A stretch of DNA of 64,000 bases. Source: Cycas panzhihuaensis (Eukaryota; Plantae; Cycadophyta). Positions 11,801 through 26,500 of the stretch are shown piece by piece. Each line of letters opens with the position of its first letter. Positions within the stretch are counted from its first letter, which is position 1. The notes beneath the pieces were generated by a model. It did no database searches, was not told where the DNA came from, and was given only the letters and a program-made list of their open reading frames with translations. The translations under genes and the position numbers were made by a program. Location of the stretch: assembly GCA_023213395.1 (NCBI GenBank), contig CM041465.1, positions 126,487,741-126,551,740 of the forward strand. The letters run 5' to 3'.

Positions 11801-13769
11801 ACTTTTATCAAAACGTTATGAACTTAAAGAAGATAAGTCATGAAAATAAGATTAATTTTAGATTCACGTATTCATTATAGGGTGTACCCTATGCTTGGCA
11901 CAAATAATTATACCCAACTAAGACATGGGAGAATATTATGAAGTAATTTAAGGAGATATTGTAAAAGTTTTGAAGTAATGAGGTAGTGGAGTTATCTCTC
12001 AAGGAAATGAGATAAAGGCTAGTAGAATTACTTTTAATACGTATGAAAAATAAATATTAAAGTTGTAAGTATTATGAATGGAGAAAAAATCATGGATTAT
12101 AATAAGAGAAACTATTTTATAAATGGGCTAAATTCTAAAGTAAGGGCCATAATGGTGATTCATTCCTTGAAATGCTTCCATTTCACACATGAGTTGGTAT
12201 TACACTTTGAGAAAGAGATGGGCATTTAAAAGGGCAGCCATAAACCTTATTATTTAGATCACAAGATAAAATGTAATAATTTAGAAGCCAAAATATAAAT
12301 AAACCTTGCTATTAAGAAACAAAAATAAAGGAGACCTCAAAAGTAGAAGCCTTTAAAAAGGAAGTCACAAGATTAAAGTTATAAAGAAAGAAACATCAGC
12401 TTACTAAGGAGAAGAAGAATAAAAAAATATAAGGGTAACGAACCGTAATTGAAGAAGTGGTGTCACATTTGTGATAATAATTCATATTCTAGTAAAAAAT
12501 GTGACCTAAATGAGAGGAATAATATGGTAAAAGAGTAAAGTACATGGTGTTATATTTATGATATGTATAACCATAATATGAATAAACACTATTTTAATAT
12601 ATGTAAAACAAACCAATACGGTACAAGTTATGGAAGAAGGAACAACTTAACCATGATGCAATATACTAATGACGCAGGAAGGCATGTGAAAAAATAATAA
12701 TGCATGAAGAGAGAGTAAAGGAAATGTACTAAACTAACTAAAATAATAGAGATAAAATTGATCTATCCTCATAGAAAATACCTATAGAGAGATCAAACAT
12801 CACCTAATAAGAGGTCCACTAGAGCATATATGCCTAAACTATTGAGAAAAGTATGTGCTTGGCCTATTGCAGATACCCTTTATAAAGAAGAATATCCTAT
12901 CCCAACCTGCACTCTTAAATATACCTAAAACACTAGACTCAATCTTAAAATATGAGAAGGGACTAACTAGAGTAAGAGGCCTAAAGGAGTTAAGACCACA
13001 TGATCCATATGATCATTAGGTAGGTTCTTGGAAAATTATCAATAGCGTTGACTCATCTCACATAAGTTTGAGATAGGCTAACAAAGACATTCATTTAACT
13101 CCAACTAGCATCAAGCTCTAATAGGTAAAATAAAAAGAGGCCACCGCTTCCTCAATAAGATGCATAGAGTTCACTCGCTTGTTGAGGCCACACATATAAA
13201 CGCATAGTGAGGGTAGATGCCCACCATCAGGCCAATCAAAATATGAATCATAAGACTCTTCTCACATAAGGCCAAAAGATCACCTCTCTCATCTAATGGT
13301 TAAATCTAGGTTCAAAGAAAGTGATCTACCTTATTTGTAAAAGAATAAGTACTTTGAGATATTATGTATCTTGATGTATTTTGTATATGCAAGAAGATAA
13401 TTTATATCTTCTTGTTGTTTGAGATTAAAGTCAAATAATTATTGTTGAACTAATTTCTAGGTGTGATGTTGATGTACTCTAAAGTAAATAAATGGCAATT
13501 CATTATTTTGAATCAAATAAGAAAACCAATGACAAAAAAGAGTTAAATTTAAGATTCGAAATGTTTATTAGATGAATAAAGAGCGAGAAGTTATTTTCTT
13601 TCATTGCATTTGACGTTACTAATATTGACAACACAATGTAGATGATGCACTATAAGGAGGGAATGATTCCTGTGGATTACATCCAGATTCATTTTAGTTT
13701 GTAGAAATGGTGCTTCAAAGCTTCAAGTCGAAAGACATTCCCTTGGGTCAAACTTCAAAGAATCTCAAG
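8871..13769. repeat. Monomer continuous with the undeleted copia element ('parental' type), 4899 bp
   Basis: Colinear with the following monomers from ATGGGGTGTT onward, but preceded by genuine RT sequence instead of the kinase fragment. Confidence 0.9.
10950..11205 (-). repeat. Degenerate 21-bp minisatellite (~11-12 units) in the copia gag-protease linker, present in each full monomer
   Basis: GGCCTCTTTATTGGAAATATG / GGCCTCCTTGTTACAAAATAA / GACCTCGCTATTATGGAAACG / GGGCTCTTTGTAGAAGGCACG...; the - strand reads as decayed QQGGPxx heptads. Confidence 0.65.
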
Positions 13770-16700
13770 ATGGGGTGTTGTTTGAAGAAAACCTCTTCTT
13801 TAAGGTCTCTATTGAGGAAAGTACCCTTCACATCCATTTGCTAAATATTTCGATTAAATTAGATTGCTAAGGACATAACCAAACTAATGTGATCACATTG
13901 GCTACCGGCAAAGGTCTTGTGATAATCAATCCTCTTGTTATTTAAAACCTCCCGCTATAAGGCGAGCTTATGAAAGTGTCATACTTTCTAAGGCCTTTTA
14001 ACATTTATGGGAGGAGGAACATCCATTAATAATTGTTATACCCATTAGGATTTAGTTGAATGCTAGTGGCTTCCACCTGAAGTTCATAAACTAAAATTGG
14101 ATGTAAAGTTATACTTTCTTGAGTTGTTGATGTAGATGCTACTGGAATCGATGAAGGAGCTGGAGTGTAGGAGGAGGCTAGTTTTGGTGGCTCGACAATT
14201 TGTCCAAGAGTCACTTAAGATACAAAACCTACTTCTACTGCTATAATATAAGGTTGAGGTGGAGGTAGGTCCTATAAATCTTCTATAAATATTATATCCC
14301 GTGTTACGTAAACTTGGTTACCAACTATGTCAAACACTTTATAGGCTTTACAACAAAGTACATAGCTAAGGAAGATGCATTTCAGGCTCTTGTCATCAAG
14401 CTTCTTTTTGTTTTCCTTTGAAATATATTTATATTCCATGCATCCAAAGATCTTCACGAGTACTACCGATGGTTTCTGACCTGACTAAACTTCTTCAAGA
14501 GTAATATTCCTAACTACAATTCTGGGACTTATGTTGGTTAGATAAGTAGTTATGGTTGTGGCATCAACCTAAGATCTGGTAAGATTTGCAGGACTAAGCA
14601 TTGCTTTTCCTTTATTTATCAATGTCTAATTCATTCTTTTGACTACACGATTTTGTTGAGTTGTGTGGGGAGATGGGAACTGATGTTGGATGCCATGTCC
14701 CTTGCCCAAAATGTTGAACTGATTAGAAATATACTCACCACCATTATCAGATCTAAGGAGCTTGATTATCATTCTACTTTTCTTTTCTATGGCAGCTTTG
14801 AACTCTTTGAATTTATTTAGGGTTTTATACTTATTTCTTAGGAAATAGACCTACATTTTCCTTGAGATGTCATCTATGAATGTGATGAAATGCCAGTTTT
14901 TATTGAGTGGTTAGACAGGTATCAACCCGTAAATTTCTGGGTGGACCATCTTTAACGGCGCTGGGGATCTCCATGCGTTCTTAGAAGGAAAATTTTCTCG
15001 TTAGTACTTTTCTATTAGGCAAGCCTGACATATGTTGTTGTACCTCTTAATTTTATGTAAACCGTGTACGCTTTGGAGCTTAAACGTGAGGTCCAAGCTT
15101 TGCATGTTTAAATGGCTTAGTCATTAAATCCATAGATATACTTTGGAGCTATTTAAGATGACAATTTCCTTTCAATATGAGAATTGACCTGGTTCTTATA
15201 TACAAGGAGACTCTTCATTAATGACTTCATTTACCTTATCAGTTTGAGTTGTGTTGGGAATTGAACAAGCTTTATTTTATAGAGTAGTTGTAAGGGGGAT
15301 ACCACCAAACCTATATAGGCCACCATCTTCATGTCTTTTGGCCACAGGTTTGCATGTTGCATGATCTGCAATTCTAGTAATGCCCTAGCTAAAGAGGACA
15401 TCTAAATTCGGTTTATTTATTTCATTGATAGAGAGCAAGTTCATCTCCATTTCGGGTGCAAGGAATATATTATTGATGTGGTGCCTCGTATTGAGTCCTT
15501 CAAAGCTATTGGAGCACTACCGATTTTGGTTATTATCGTAAGTCAAATTATCCCCAAATGTGAAAGTTTGAGTATGGATCATGGGTCTCTTCTAACAGTT
15601 TTTCTAATCCGATCATATATCTCGTTACAACTGTCTCAAGGAGCCATGCATCCTCATCAAGTTGTGAAGAAACAGCTGCAAAGAATAGGTTATGGAAGGA
15701 GGAATCCTAATTGTCTACCACATTACTTCCCTATTATTTATTATTATGCTGGTTCCTTTAATTTTGATAGTGAATCACGCTTATTTTGAGGTCTTTCTCC
15801 TTGAGCAGGTCTCAGATTCCAATTGTGTTGGTAGAATTAGCCTTGTGGTTGGAATGATGACCCTTCAGACATTGAATAAGGCCTCTTTATTGGAAATATG
15901 GGCCTCCTTGTTACAAAATAAGACCTCGCTATTATGGAAACAAGGCTCTCTGTAGAAGGCACGATCCTTCTTAGTAATATCCTTGTCTCTATTAAGAGTA
16001 ACTAAGACCTCCTTGTTGATATGAGGGTGGTTCTTATTAGTAGATTAGGCCTAATCGTTGATAATAAGAGGTAGCTTATTAGAAGCGAGGCCCATATGAT
16101 TGGCTCAATTGATTTTACAAGAGCTGTAAATCAACTTGTCCTCACTTGCATTAACTAAGTGTCTTTTCTAATTATAGTAGAGGCAACTGACATTTGGTCT
16201 CACCTATTAATTCTTTTAAAGTTGTGCATATGGATGGTATTGAGATTGCTGATGCCAATGAGTTAAACGGGAGGATGAGGTGTTAATTGGTTATTACTTC
16301 TCTTAGGTTGGATGTTGATATGGCTCTTGGGATGTGGTCAGAGAATCCAATTGTTGAGTTAGATCTTGGTGTTGACTAAGCTGTTGAGTTGATCTATTGA
16401 TAGTCTTACGCTTTTATGAGTTATGGGCTGTAAAGGTAGGAGCGGGGTTAGATATACATGTCGCCCTAAGTCAGTTGAGTATATTCTCCTCTTATAACAA
16501 GAGTTCCTCACAGGTCGTGAAGTCTATTTTGGAATAATTACCATGTAATTCAGAAACAAAGGAGTTATATTATATAGATAGGATGTCAGTGATGCTAGAG
16601 ATTAAATCATGGTTTAAAAGTAGTTCATTAAGGATTATAAGTTAGTTCCTAGTTATTTTGACTTTAATCAAGTGGCGTGCAACACTGCCAAAAAAGGTAT

Positions 16701-18658
16701 ACCTTTATTAAAACTTTATGAACTTAAAGAAGATAAGTTATGAAAATAAGATTAATTTTAGATTCACGATTTATTATAGGGTGTACCCTATGCTTGGCAC
16801 AAATAATTACACCCAACTAAGACATGGGAGAATATTATGAAGTAATTTAAGGAGATATTGTAAAAGTTTTTAAGTAATGAGGTAGTGGAGTTATCTCTCA
16901 AGGAAATGAGATAAAGGCTAATAGAATTACTATTAATACGTATATAAAAAATAAATATTAAAGTTGTAAGTATTATGAATGGAGAAAAAATCATGGATTA
17001 TAATAAGAGAAACTATTTTATAAATGGGCTAAATTCTAAAGTAAGGGCCACAATGGTGACTCATTCCTTGAAATGCTTCTATTTCACACATGAGTTGGTA
17101 TGCAACCATAAACCTTATTATTTAGACCACGAGACAAAATGTAATAATTAATAAGCCAAAATATAAATAAACCTTGCTATTAAGTAACAAAAGTAAAGGA
17201 GACCTCAAAAGTAGAAGCCTTTAAAAAGGAAGTCATAAGGTTAAAGTTATAAAGAAAGAAACCTCAACTTACTAAGGAGAAGAAGAACAAAAAAATATAG
17301 GGGTAACGAACCGTAATTGAAGAAGTGGTGTCACATTTGTGATAATAATTCATATTCTGGTAAAAAATGTGACCTAAATGAGAGGAATAATATGGTAAAA
17401 AAGTAAAGTATATGGTGTTATATTTGTGATTTGGATAACCATAAAATGAATAAACACTATTTTAATATATGTAAAATAAACCAATACGGTACAAGTTATG
17501 GAAGAAGGAACAACTGAACCATGATGCAATATACTAATGAAGCAGGAAGGCATGTGAAAAAGTAATAATGCATGAAGAGAGAGTAAAGGAAATGTACTAA
17601 ACTAACTAAAATAATAGAGATAAAATTAATCTATCCTCATAGAAAATACCTATAGAGAGATCAAACATCACGTAATAAGAAGGCTGTCAAAATCTAAGAG
17701 GCCCACTAGAGCATATATGCCCAAACTATTGAGAAAAGTATGTGCTTGGCCTATTGTAGATACCCTTTATAAAGAAGAATGTCCTATCCTAAGCCACACT
17801 CTTAAATATACCTAAAACACTAGACTCAATCTTAAAATATGAGAAGGGACTAACTAGAGCAAGAGGCCTAAAGGAGTTAAGACCATAGGATCCATATGAT
17901 CATTAGGTAGGTTCTTGGAAAATTATCAATAGTAGTGACTCATCTCACATAAGTTTGAGATAGGCTAATAGTACATGCATTTAACTCCAACTAGCATCAA
18001 GCTCTAATAGGTAAAATAAAAAGAGGCCACCGCTCTCAATAAGATGCATAGAGTTCACTCAGTTGTTGAGGCCACACATATAAACGCATAGTGAGGGTAG
18101 ATGCCCACCATTAGGCCAATCAGAATATGAATCGTAAGACTCTTCTCACATAAGGCCAAAAGATCACCTCTCTCATCTAATGGTTAAATCTAGGTTCAAA
18201 GAAAGTGATCTACCTTATTTGTAAAAGAATAAGTACTTTGAGATATTATGTATCTTGATGTATTTTGTATATGCAAGAAGATAATTTATATCTTCTTGTT
18301 GTTTAGGAGATTAAAGTCAAATAATTATTGTTGAACTAATTTCTAGGTGTGATGTTGATGTACTCTAAAGTAAATAAATAGGAATTCATTATTTTGAATC
18401 AAATAAGAAAACCAATGACAAAAAAGAGTTAAATTTAAGAATCGAAATGTTTACTAGACGAATAAAGAGCGTAGAAGCTGTTTTCTTTCATTGTGTTTGG
18501 ACGTTACTAATATTGACAACACAATGTAGATGATGCACTATCAAGAGCGAATGATTCCCAGGGATTACATCTACCTTCATTTTAGTTTGTAGAAATGGTG
18601 CTTCAAAGCTTCCTTAGTAGAAAGACGTTCCTTGGGTCAAACTTCAACAAACCTCAAG
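13770..18658. repeat. Monomer, A-type copia part, 4889 bp
   Basis: Junction to junction; diagnostic LHPILVYE and LCCKAY. Confidence 0.93.
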
Positions 18659-21600
18659 ATGGGGTGTTGTTTGAAGAAAACGCCTTCTTTAAGGTCTCAT
18701 TGAGGAAAGTACCCTTCACATCTATTTGCTAAATATGTCGATTAAATTAGATTGCTAAGGACATAACCAAATGGAATGTGATCACATTGGCTATCGGTGC
18801 AAAGGTCTTATCATAATCAATCCCCTCTTGTTATTTAAAAGCTCTTGTTATAAGGCGAGCTTTGTAAGTGTCATACTTTGTAAGGCCTTTTAGCAGTTAT
18901 GGGAGGAGGAACATCCATTAATAATTGTTATACCCATTAGGATTTAGTTGAATGCTAGTGGCTTCCACCTGAAGTTCATCAACTAAAATTGGAGGTAAAG
19001 TTATACTTTCTTGAGTTGTTGATGTAGATGCTACCGAATCGATGAAGGAGTTGGACTGTAGGAGGAGACTAGTTTTGATGGCTCCACAATTTGTCCAAGA
19101 GTCACTTAAGATACATAAACTACTTCTACTACTATAATATAAGGTTGAGGTGAAGGTAGGTCCTATGAATCTTCTATAAATATTATATCCCGTGTTGTGT
19201 AAACTTGGTTACCAACTATGTCAAACACTTTATAGGCTTTACAACCAAGTACATAGCTAAAGAAGATGCATTTTAGGCTCTTGTCATCAAGCTTCTTTTC
19301 ATTTTCCTTTGAAATATATTTATATTCCATGCATCCAAAGATTTGCACGAGTACTATCGATGGTTTCTGACCTGACCAAACTTCTTCAAGAGTAATATTC
19401 CTAACTGCAATTCTAGGACTTATGTTGGTTAGGTAAGTAGTTATGGTTGTGGCATCAACCCAAGATCTGGTGGTAAGATTTGCAACACTAAGCATGGCTT
19501 CTCCTTTATTTATCAATGTCTAATTCATTCTTTTGACTACACCATTTTGTTGAGGTGTGTGAGGAGTTGGGAACTGATGTTGGATGCCATGTTCTCTGCC
19601 CAAAATGTTGAACTGATTAGAACTATACTCTAAGCCACCATTATCAGATTTAAGGAGCTTGATTATCATTCTACTTTTCTTTTTTATGGCAGCTTTGAAC
19701 TCTTTGAATTTATTTAGGGTTTTATACTTTTTTCTCAGGAGATAGACCTACATTTTCCTTGAGAAGTCATCTATGAATGTGATGAAATGCCAGCTTTTAT
19801 TGAGTGGTTAGACAGGTACCGATCCGCGAATTTCTGGGTGGACCGTCTCTAACGGCGCTGAGGATCTCCATGCATTCTTAGAAGGAAAAATTTCTCTTTA
19901 GTGCTTTTCTATTAGGCAAGCCTCACATATGTTGTTGTACCTCTTAATTTTATGTAAACCATGTACCATTTGGAGCTTAAACATGAGGTCCAAGCTTTGC
20001 ATGTTTAAATGACTTAGGCATTAATTCCATAGGTGTACTTTGGAGCTATTTGAGATGATAATTTCCTTTCAATATGAGAATTCACCTGGTTCTTATATAC
20101 AGGGGGACTCTTCATTAATGACTTCATTTACCTTATCAATTTGAGCTATGTTGGGAATTGAACAAGCTTCATTTTATGGAGTAGTTGTAAGGGGGATACC
20201 ACCCAACCTATATAGGCCACCATCTTCATATCTTATGGCCACAAGCTTGCACGTTGCATGATCTGCGATTCTACTAATGCCCTAGACAAAGAGGACATCT
20301 AAATTCTGTTTGTTTATTTCATTGATATAGGACAAGTTCATCTCCATTTCCTGCAAGGAATATATTATTGATGTGGTGCCTCATATTGGAGTCCTTCAAA
20401 GCTATTGGAGCCCTACCAATTTTGGTATTATCGTAAGTCAAATTATCCCCAAATGTGATAGTTTAAGTATCGACTGGGCGGGTCTCTTCTAATATTTTTT
20501 CTAATCCGATCATATATCTCGTTGCACCTGACTCAAGGAGCCATGCATCCTCATCAAGTTGTGAAGAAAGAGCTGCAAAGAATAGGTGATGGAAGGAGGA
20601 ATCCTAATTGTCTACCACATTACTTCCCTATTATTTATTATTATGCTGGTTTCTTTAATTTTTGATAGTGAATTGTAGCTTATTTTGAGGTCTTTCTCCT
20701 TGAGCAGGTCTCAGATTCCAATTGTGTTGGTAGAATTGGCCTTGTGGTTGGAATGATGACCCTTCTTATTGTTGAATAAGGCCTCTTCATTGGAAATATA
20801 GGCCTCCTTGTTACAAAATAAGACCTCGCTATTATGGAAACGGGGCTCTTTGTAGAAGGCACGATCCTCCTTAGTAATATCCTTGTCTCTATTAAGAGTA
20901 ACTAGGACCTCCTTGTTGATATGAGGGTGGTCCTTATTAGTAGATTAGGCCTAATCGTTGATAATAAGAGGTAGCTTATTAGAAGCGAGGCCTATATGAT
21001 TGGCTCAATTGATTTTACAAGAGTTGTGAATCAACTTGTCCTCACTTGCATTAACAGAAGTGCCTTTTTTTATCATAGTAGAGGCAACTGACATATGGTC
21101 TAACCTATTAATTCTTTTAAAGTTGTGCATATGGCTGGTATTGAGACTGCTGATGCCAATGAGTTAGACGGGAGGAGGAGGTGTTAATTGGTTATTACTT
21201 CTCTTAGGTTGGTTGTTGATATGGCTCTTGGGATATGGTCAGAGAATCCAAGTGTTGAGTTAGATCTTGGTGTTGACTAAGCTGTTGAGTTGATCTATTA
21301 ATAGTCTTACGCTTTTATGAGTTATGGGCTGTAAAGGTAGGAGCGGGGTTAGATATACATGTCGCCCCAAGTCAGTCAGTTGAGTATATTCTCCTCTTAT
21401 AACAAGAGTTCCTCACAGGTCGTGAAGTCTATTTTGGAATAATTACCATTTAATTTGGAAACAAAGGAGTTATATTCTATAGAGATTAAATCATGGTTTG
21501 AAAGTGGTTCATTAAGGATTATAAGTTAGTTCCCAGTTATTTTGACTTTAATCAAGTGGTGTGCAACGCTGCCAAAAAACGTATACCTTTATCAAAACGT

Positions 21601-23579
21601 TATGAACTTAAAGAAGATAAGTCATGAAAATAAGATTAATTTTAGATTCACCTATTCATTATAGGGTGTACCCTATGCTTGGCACAAATAATTATACCCA
21701 ACTAAGACATGGGAGAATATTATGAAGTAATTTAAGGAGATATTGTAAAAGTTTTTAAGTAATGAGGTAGTGGAGTTATCTCTCAAGGAAATGAGATAAA
21801 GGCTAGTAGAATTACTTTTAATACGTATATGAAAAATAAATATTAAAGTTGTAAGTATTATGAATGGAGAAAAAATCATGGATTATAATAAGAGAAACTA
21901 TTTTATAAATGGGCTAAATTCTAAAGTAAGGGCCATAATGGTGATTCATTCCTTGAAATGCTTCCATTTCACACATGAGTTGGTATTACACTTTGAGAAA
22001 GAGATGGGCATTTAAAAGGGCAGCCATAAACCTTATTATTTAGATCACAAGATAAAATGTAATAATTAAGAAGCCAAAATATAAATAAACCTTGCTATTA
22101 AGTAACAAAAATAAAGGAGACCTCAAAAGTAGAAGCCTTCAAAAAGGAAGTCACGAGATTAAAGTTATAAAGAAAGAAACATCAACTTACTAAGGAGAAG
22201 AAGAATAAAAAAATATAGGGGTAACGAACCGTAATTGAAGAAGTGGTGTCACATTTGTGATAATAATTCATATTCTAGTAAAAAATGTGACCTAAATGAG
22301 AGGAATAATATGGTAAAAAAGTAAAGTACATGGTGTTATATTTGTGATATGGATAACCATAATATGAATAAACACTATTTTAATATATGTAAAACAAACC
22401 AATACGGTACAAGTTATGGAAGAAGGAACAACTTAACCATGATGCAATATACTAATGACGCAGGAAGGCATGTGAAAAAATAATAATGCATGAAGAGAGA
22501 GTAAAGGAAATGTACTAAACTAACTAAAATAATAGAGATAAAATTGATCTATCCTCATAGAAAATACCTATAGAGAGATCAAACATCACCTAATAAGAAG
22601 GCTGTCAAAATCTAAGAGGTCCACTAGAGCATATATGCCTAAACTATTGAGAAAAGTATGTGCTTGGCCTATTGCAGATACCCTTTATAAAGAAGAATAT
22701 CCTATCCTAACCCAGACTCTTAAATATACCTAAAACACTAGACTCAATCTTAAAATATGAGAAGGGACTAACTAGAGTAAGAGGCCTAAAGGAGTTAAGA
22801 CCACATGATCCATATGATCATTAGGTAGGTTCTTGGAAAATTATCAATAGCAGTGACTCATCTCACATAAGTTTGAGATAGGCTAATAATAGTACATGCA
22901 TTTAACTCCAACTGGCATCAAGCTCTAATAGGTAAAATAAAAAGGCCACTGCTCTCAATAAGATGCATAGAGTTCACTCAGTTGTTGAGGCCACACATAT
23001 AAACGCATAGTGAGGGTAGATGCCCACCATTAGGCCAATCAGAATATGAATCGTAAGACTCTTCTCACATAAGGCCAAAAGATCACCTCTCTCATCTAAT
23101 GGTTAAATCTAGGTTCAAAGAAAGTGATCTACCTTATTTGTAAAAGAATAAGTACTTTGAGATATTATGTATCTTGATGTATTTTGTATATGCAAGAAGA
23201 TAATTTATATCTTCTTGTTGTTTAGGAGATTAAAGTCAAATAATTATTGTTGAACTAATTTCTAGGTGTGATGTTGATGTACTCTAAAGTAAATAAATGG
23301 CAATTCATTATTTTGAATCAAATAAGAAAACCAATGTCAAAAAAGAGTTAAATTTAAGATTCGAAATGTTTACTAGATGAATAAAGAGCGTAGAAGTTAT
23401 TTTCTTTCATTGCATTTGGACGTTACTAATATTGACAACACAATGTAGATGATGCACTATAAGGAGCGAATGATTCCCAGGGATTACATCTGCATTCATT
23501 TTAGTTTGTAGAAATGGTGCTTCAAAGCTTCGTTAGCTGAAAGACATTCCCTTGGGTCAAACTTCAACAAACCTAGAAG
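18659..23579. repeat. Monomer, B-type copia part, 4921 bp
   Basis: Junction to junction; diagnostic GGACTGTAGGAGGAGACTAG and ENEKK. Confidence 0.93.
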
Positions 23580-26500
23580 ATGGGGTGTTGTTTGAAGAAA
23601 ACCTCTTCTTTAAGGTCTCTATTGAGGAAAGTACCCTTCACATCCATTTGTTAAATATGCCGATTAAATTAGATTGCTAAGGACATAACCAAATGGAATG
23701 TGATCACATTGGCTACCGGTGCAAAGGTCTTGTCATAATCAATCCCCTCTTGTTATTTAAAACCTCTTGCTATAAGGCGAGCTTTGCGAGTGTCATACTT
23801 TGTAAGGCCTTTTAGTAGTTATGGGAGGAGGAACATCCATTAATAATTATTATACCCATTAGGATTTAGTTGAATGCTAGTGGCTTCCACCTGAAGTTCA
23901 TAAACTAAAATTGGATGTAAAGTTATACTTTCTTGAGTTGTTGATGTAGATGCTACTGGAATCGATGAAGGAGCTGGAGTGTAGGAGGAGGCTAGTTTTG
24001 GTGGCTCGACAATTTGTCCAAGAGTCACTTAAGATACACAAACTACTTCTACTGCTATAATATAAGGTTGAGGTGAAGGTAGGTCCTATGAATCTTCTAT
24101 AAATATTATATCCCGTGTTGCGTAAACTTGGTTACCAACTATGTCAAACACTTTATAGGCTTTACAACCAAGTACATAGCTAAGGAAGATGCATTTCAGG
24201 CTCTTGTCATCAAGCTTCTTTTTGTTTTCCTTTGAAATATATTTATATTCCATGCATCCAAAGATCTGCACGAGTACTATCGATGGTTTCTGACCTGACC
24301 AAACTTCTTCAAGAGTAATATTCCTAACTGCAATTCTAGGACTTATGTTGGTTAGATAAGTAGTTATGGTTGTGGCATCAACCCAAGATCTGGTGGTAAG
24401 ATTTGCAACACTAAGCATGGCTTTTCCTTTATTTATCAATGTCTAATTCATTCTTTTGACTATATTATTTTATTAAAGAGTGTGGGGAGCTGAGAATTGA
24501 TGTTGGATGTCATGTTCCTTGCCCAAAATGTTGAACTGATTAGAAATATACTCACCACCATTATCAGATCTAAGGAGCTTGATTATCATTCTACTTTTCT
24601 TTTCTATGGCAGCTTTGAACTCTTTGAATTTATTTAGGGTTTTATACTTATTTATTAGGAAATAGACCTACATTTTCCTTGAGATGTCATCTATGAATGT
24701 GATGAAATGCCAGTTTTTATTGAGTGGTTAGACAGGTATCAACCCGTAAATTTCTGGGTGGACCATCTCTAACGGCGCTGGGGATCTCCATGCGTTCTTA
24801 GAAGGAAAATTTTCTCGTTAGTACTTTTCTATTAGGCAAGCCTGACATATGTTGTTGTACCTCTTAATTTTATGTAAACCATGTACCATTTGGAGCTTAA
24901 ACGTGAGGTCCAAGCTTTGCATGTTTAAATGGCTTAGTCATTAATTCCATAGATATACTTTGGAGCTATTTAAGATGACAATTTCCTTTCAATATGAGAA
25001 TTGACCTGGTTCTTATATACAAGGAGACTCTTCATTAATGACTTCATTTACCTTATCAGTTTGAGCTGTGTTGGGAATTGAACAAGCTTTATTTTATAGA
25101 GTAGTTGTAAGGGGGATACCACCAAACCTATATAGGCCACCATCTTCATGTCTTTTGGCCACAGGTTTGCATGTTGCATGATCTGCGATTCTAGTAATGC
25201 CCTAGCTAAAGAGGACATCTAAATTCAGTTTATTTATTTCATTGATAGAGAGCAAGTTCATCTCCATTTCGGGTGCAAGGAATATATTATTGATGTGGTG
25301 CCTCGTATTGGAGTCCTTCAAAGCTATTGGAGCACTACCAATTTTGGTTATTATCGTAAGTCAAATTATCCCCAAATGTGAAAGTTTGAGTATGGATTGC
25401 GCGGGTCTCTTCTAACATTTTTTCTAATCCGATCATATATCTCGTTACAACTGTCTCAAGGAGCCATGCATCCTCATCAAGTTGTGAAGAAACAGCTGCA
25501 AAGAATAGGTTATGGAAGGAGGAATCCTAATTGTCTACCACATTACTTCCCTATTATTTATTATTATGCTGGTTCCTTTAATTTTTGATAGTGAATTGCT
25601 GCTTATTTTGAGGTCTTTCTCCTTGAGCAGGTCTCAGATTCCAATTGTGTTGGTAGAATTAGCCTTGTGGTTGGAATGATGACCCTTCGTATTATTGAAT
25701 AAGGCCTCTTTATTAGAAATATCAGCCTCCTTGTTACAAAATAAGACCTCGCTATTATGGAAACAAGGCTCTCTGTAGAAGGCACGATCCTTCTTAGTAA
25801 TATCCTTGTCTCTATTAAGAGTAACTAAGACCTCCTTGTTGATATGAGGGTGGTTCTTATTAGTAGATTAGGCCTAATCGTTGATAATAAGAGGTAGCTT
25901 ATTAGAAGCGAGGCCCATATGATTGGCTCAATTGATTTTACAAGAGCTGTAAATCAACTTGTCCTCACTTGCATTAACTAAGTGTCTTTTCTAATTATAG
26001 TAGAGGCAACTGACATTTGGTCTCACCTATTAATTCTTTTAAAGTTGTGCATATGGATGGTATTGAGATTGCTGATGCCAATGAGTTAAACGGGAGGATG
26101 AGGTGTTAATTGGTTATTACTTCTCTTAGGTTGGATGTTGATATGGCTCTTGGGATGTGGTCAGAGAATCCAATTGTTGAGTTAGATCTTGGTGTTGACT
26201 AAGCTGTTGAGTTGATCTATTGATAGTCTTACGCTTTTATGAGTTATGGGCTGTAAAGGTAGGAGCGGGGTTAGATATACATGTCGCCCTAAGTCAGTTG
26301 AGTATATTCTCCTCTTATAACAAGAGTTCCTCACAGGTCGTGAAGTCTATTTTGGAATAATTACCATGTAATTCGGAAACAAAGGAGTTATATTCTATAG
26401 ATAGGATGTGAGTGTTGCTAGAGATTAAATCATGGTTTAAAAGTAGTTCATTAAAGATTATAAGTTAGTTCCTAGTTATTTTGACTTTAATCAAGTGGTG

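Noticed and set aside
16788-16994. Recurrent short ORFs (MIFSPFIIL..., MPSTKS..., MRGSLL..., MTLGQIVEP...) as a multicopy small-protein family
   Set aside because: They are antisense or off-frame shadows and fragments of decayed gag/pol sequence. Recurrence reflects DNA repetition, and several use non-ATG starts.
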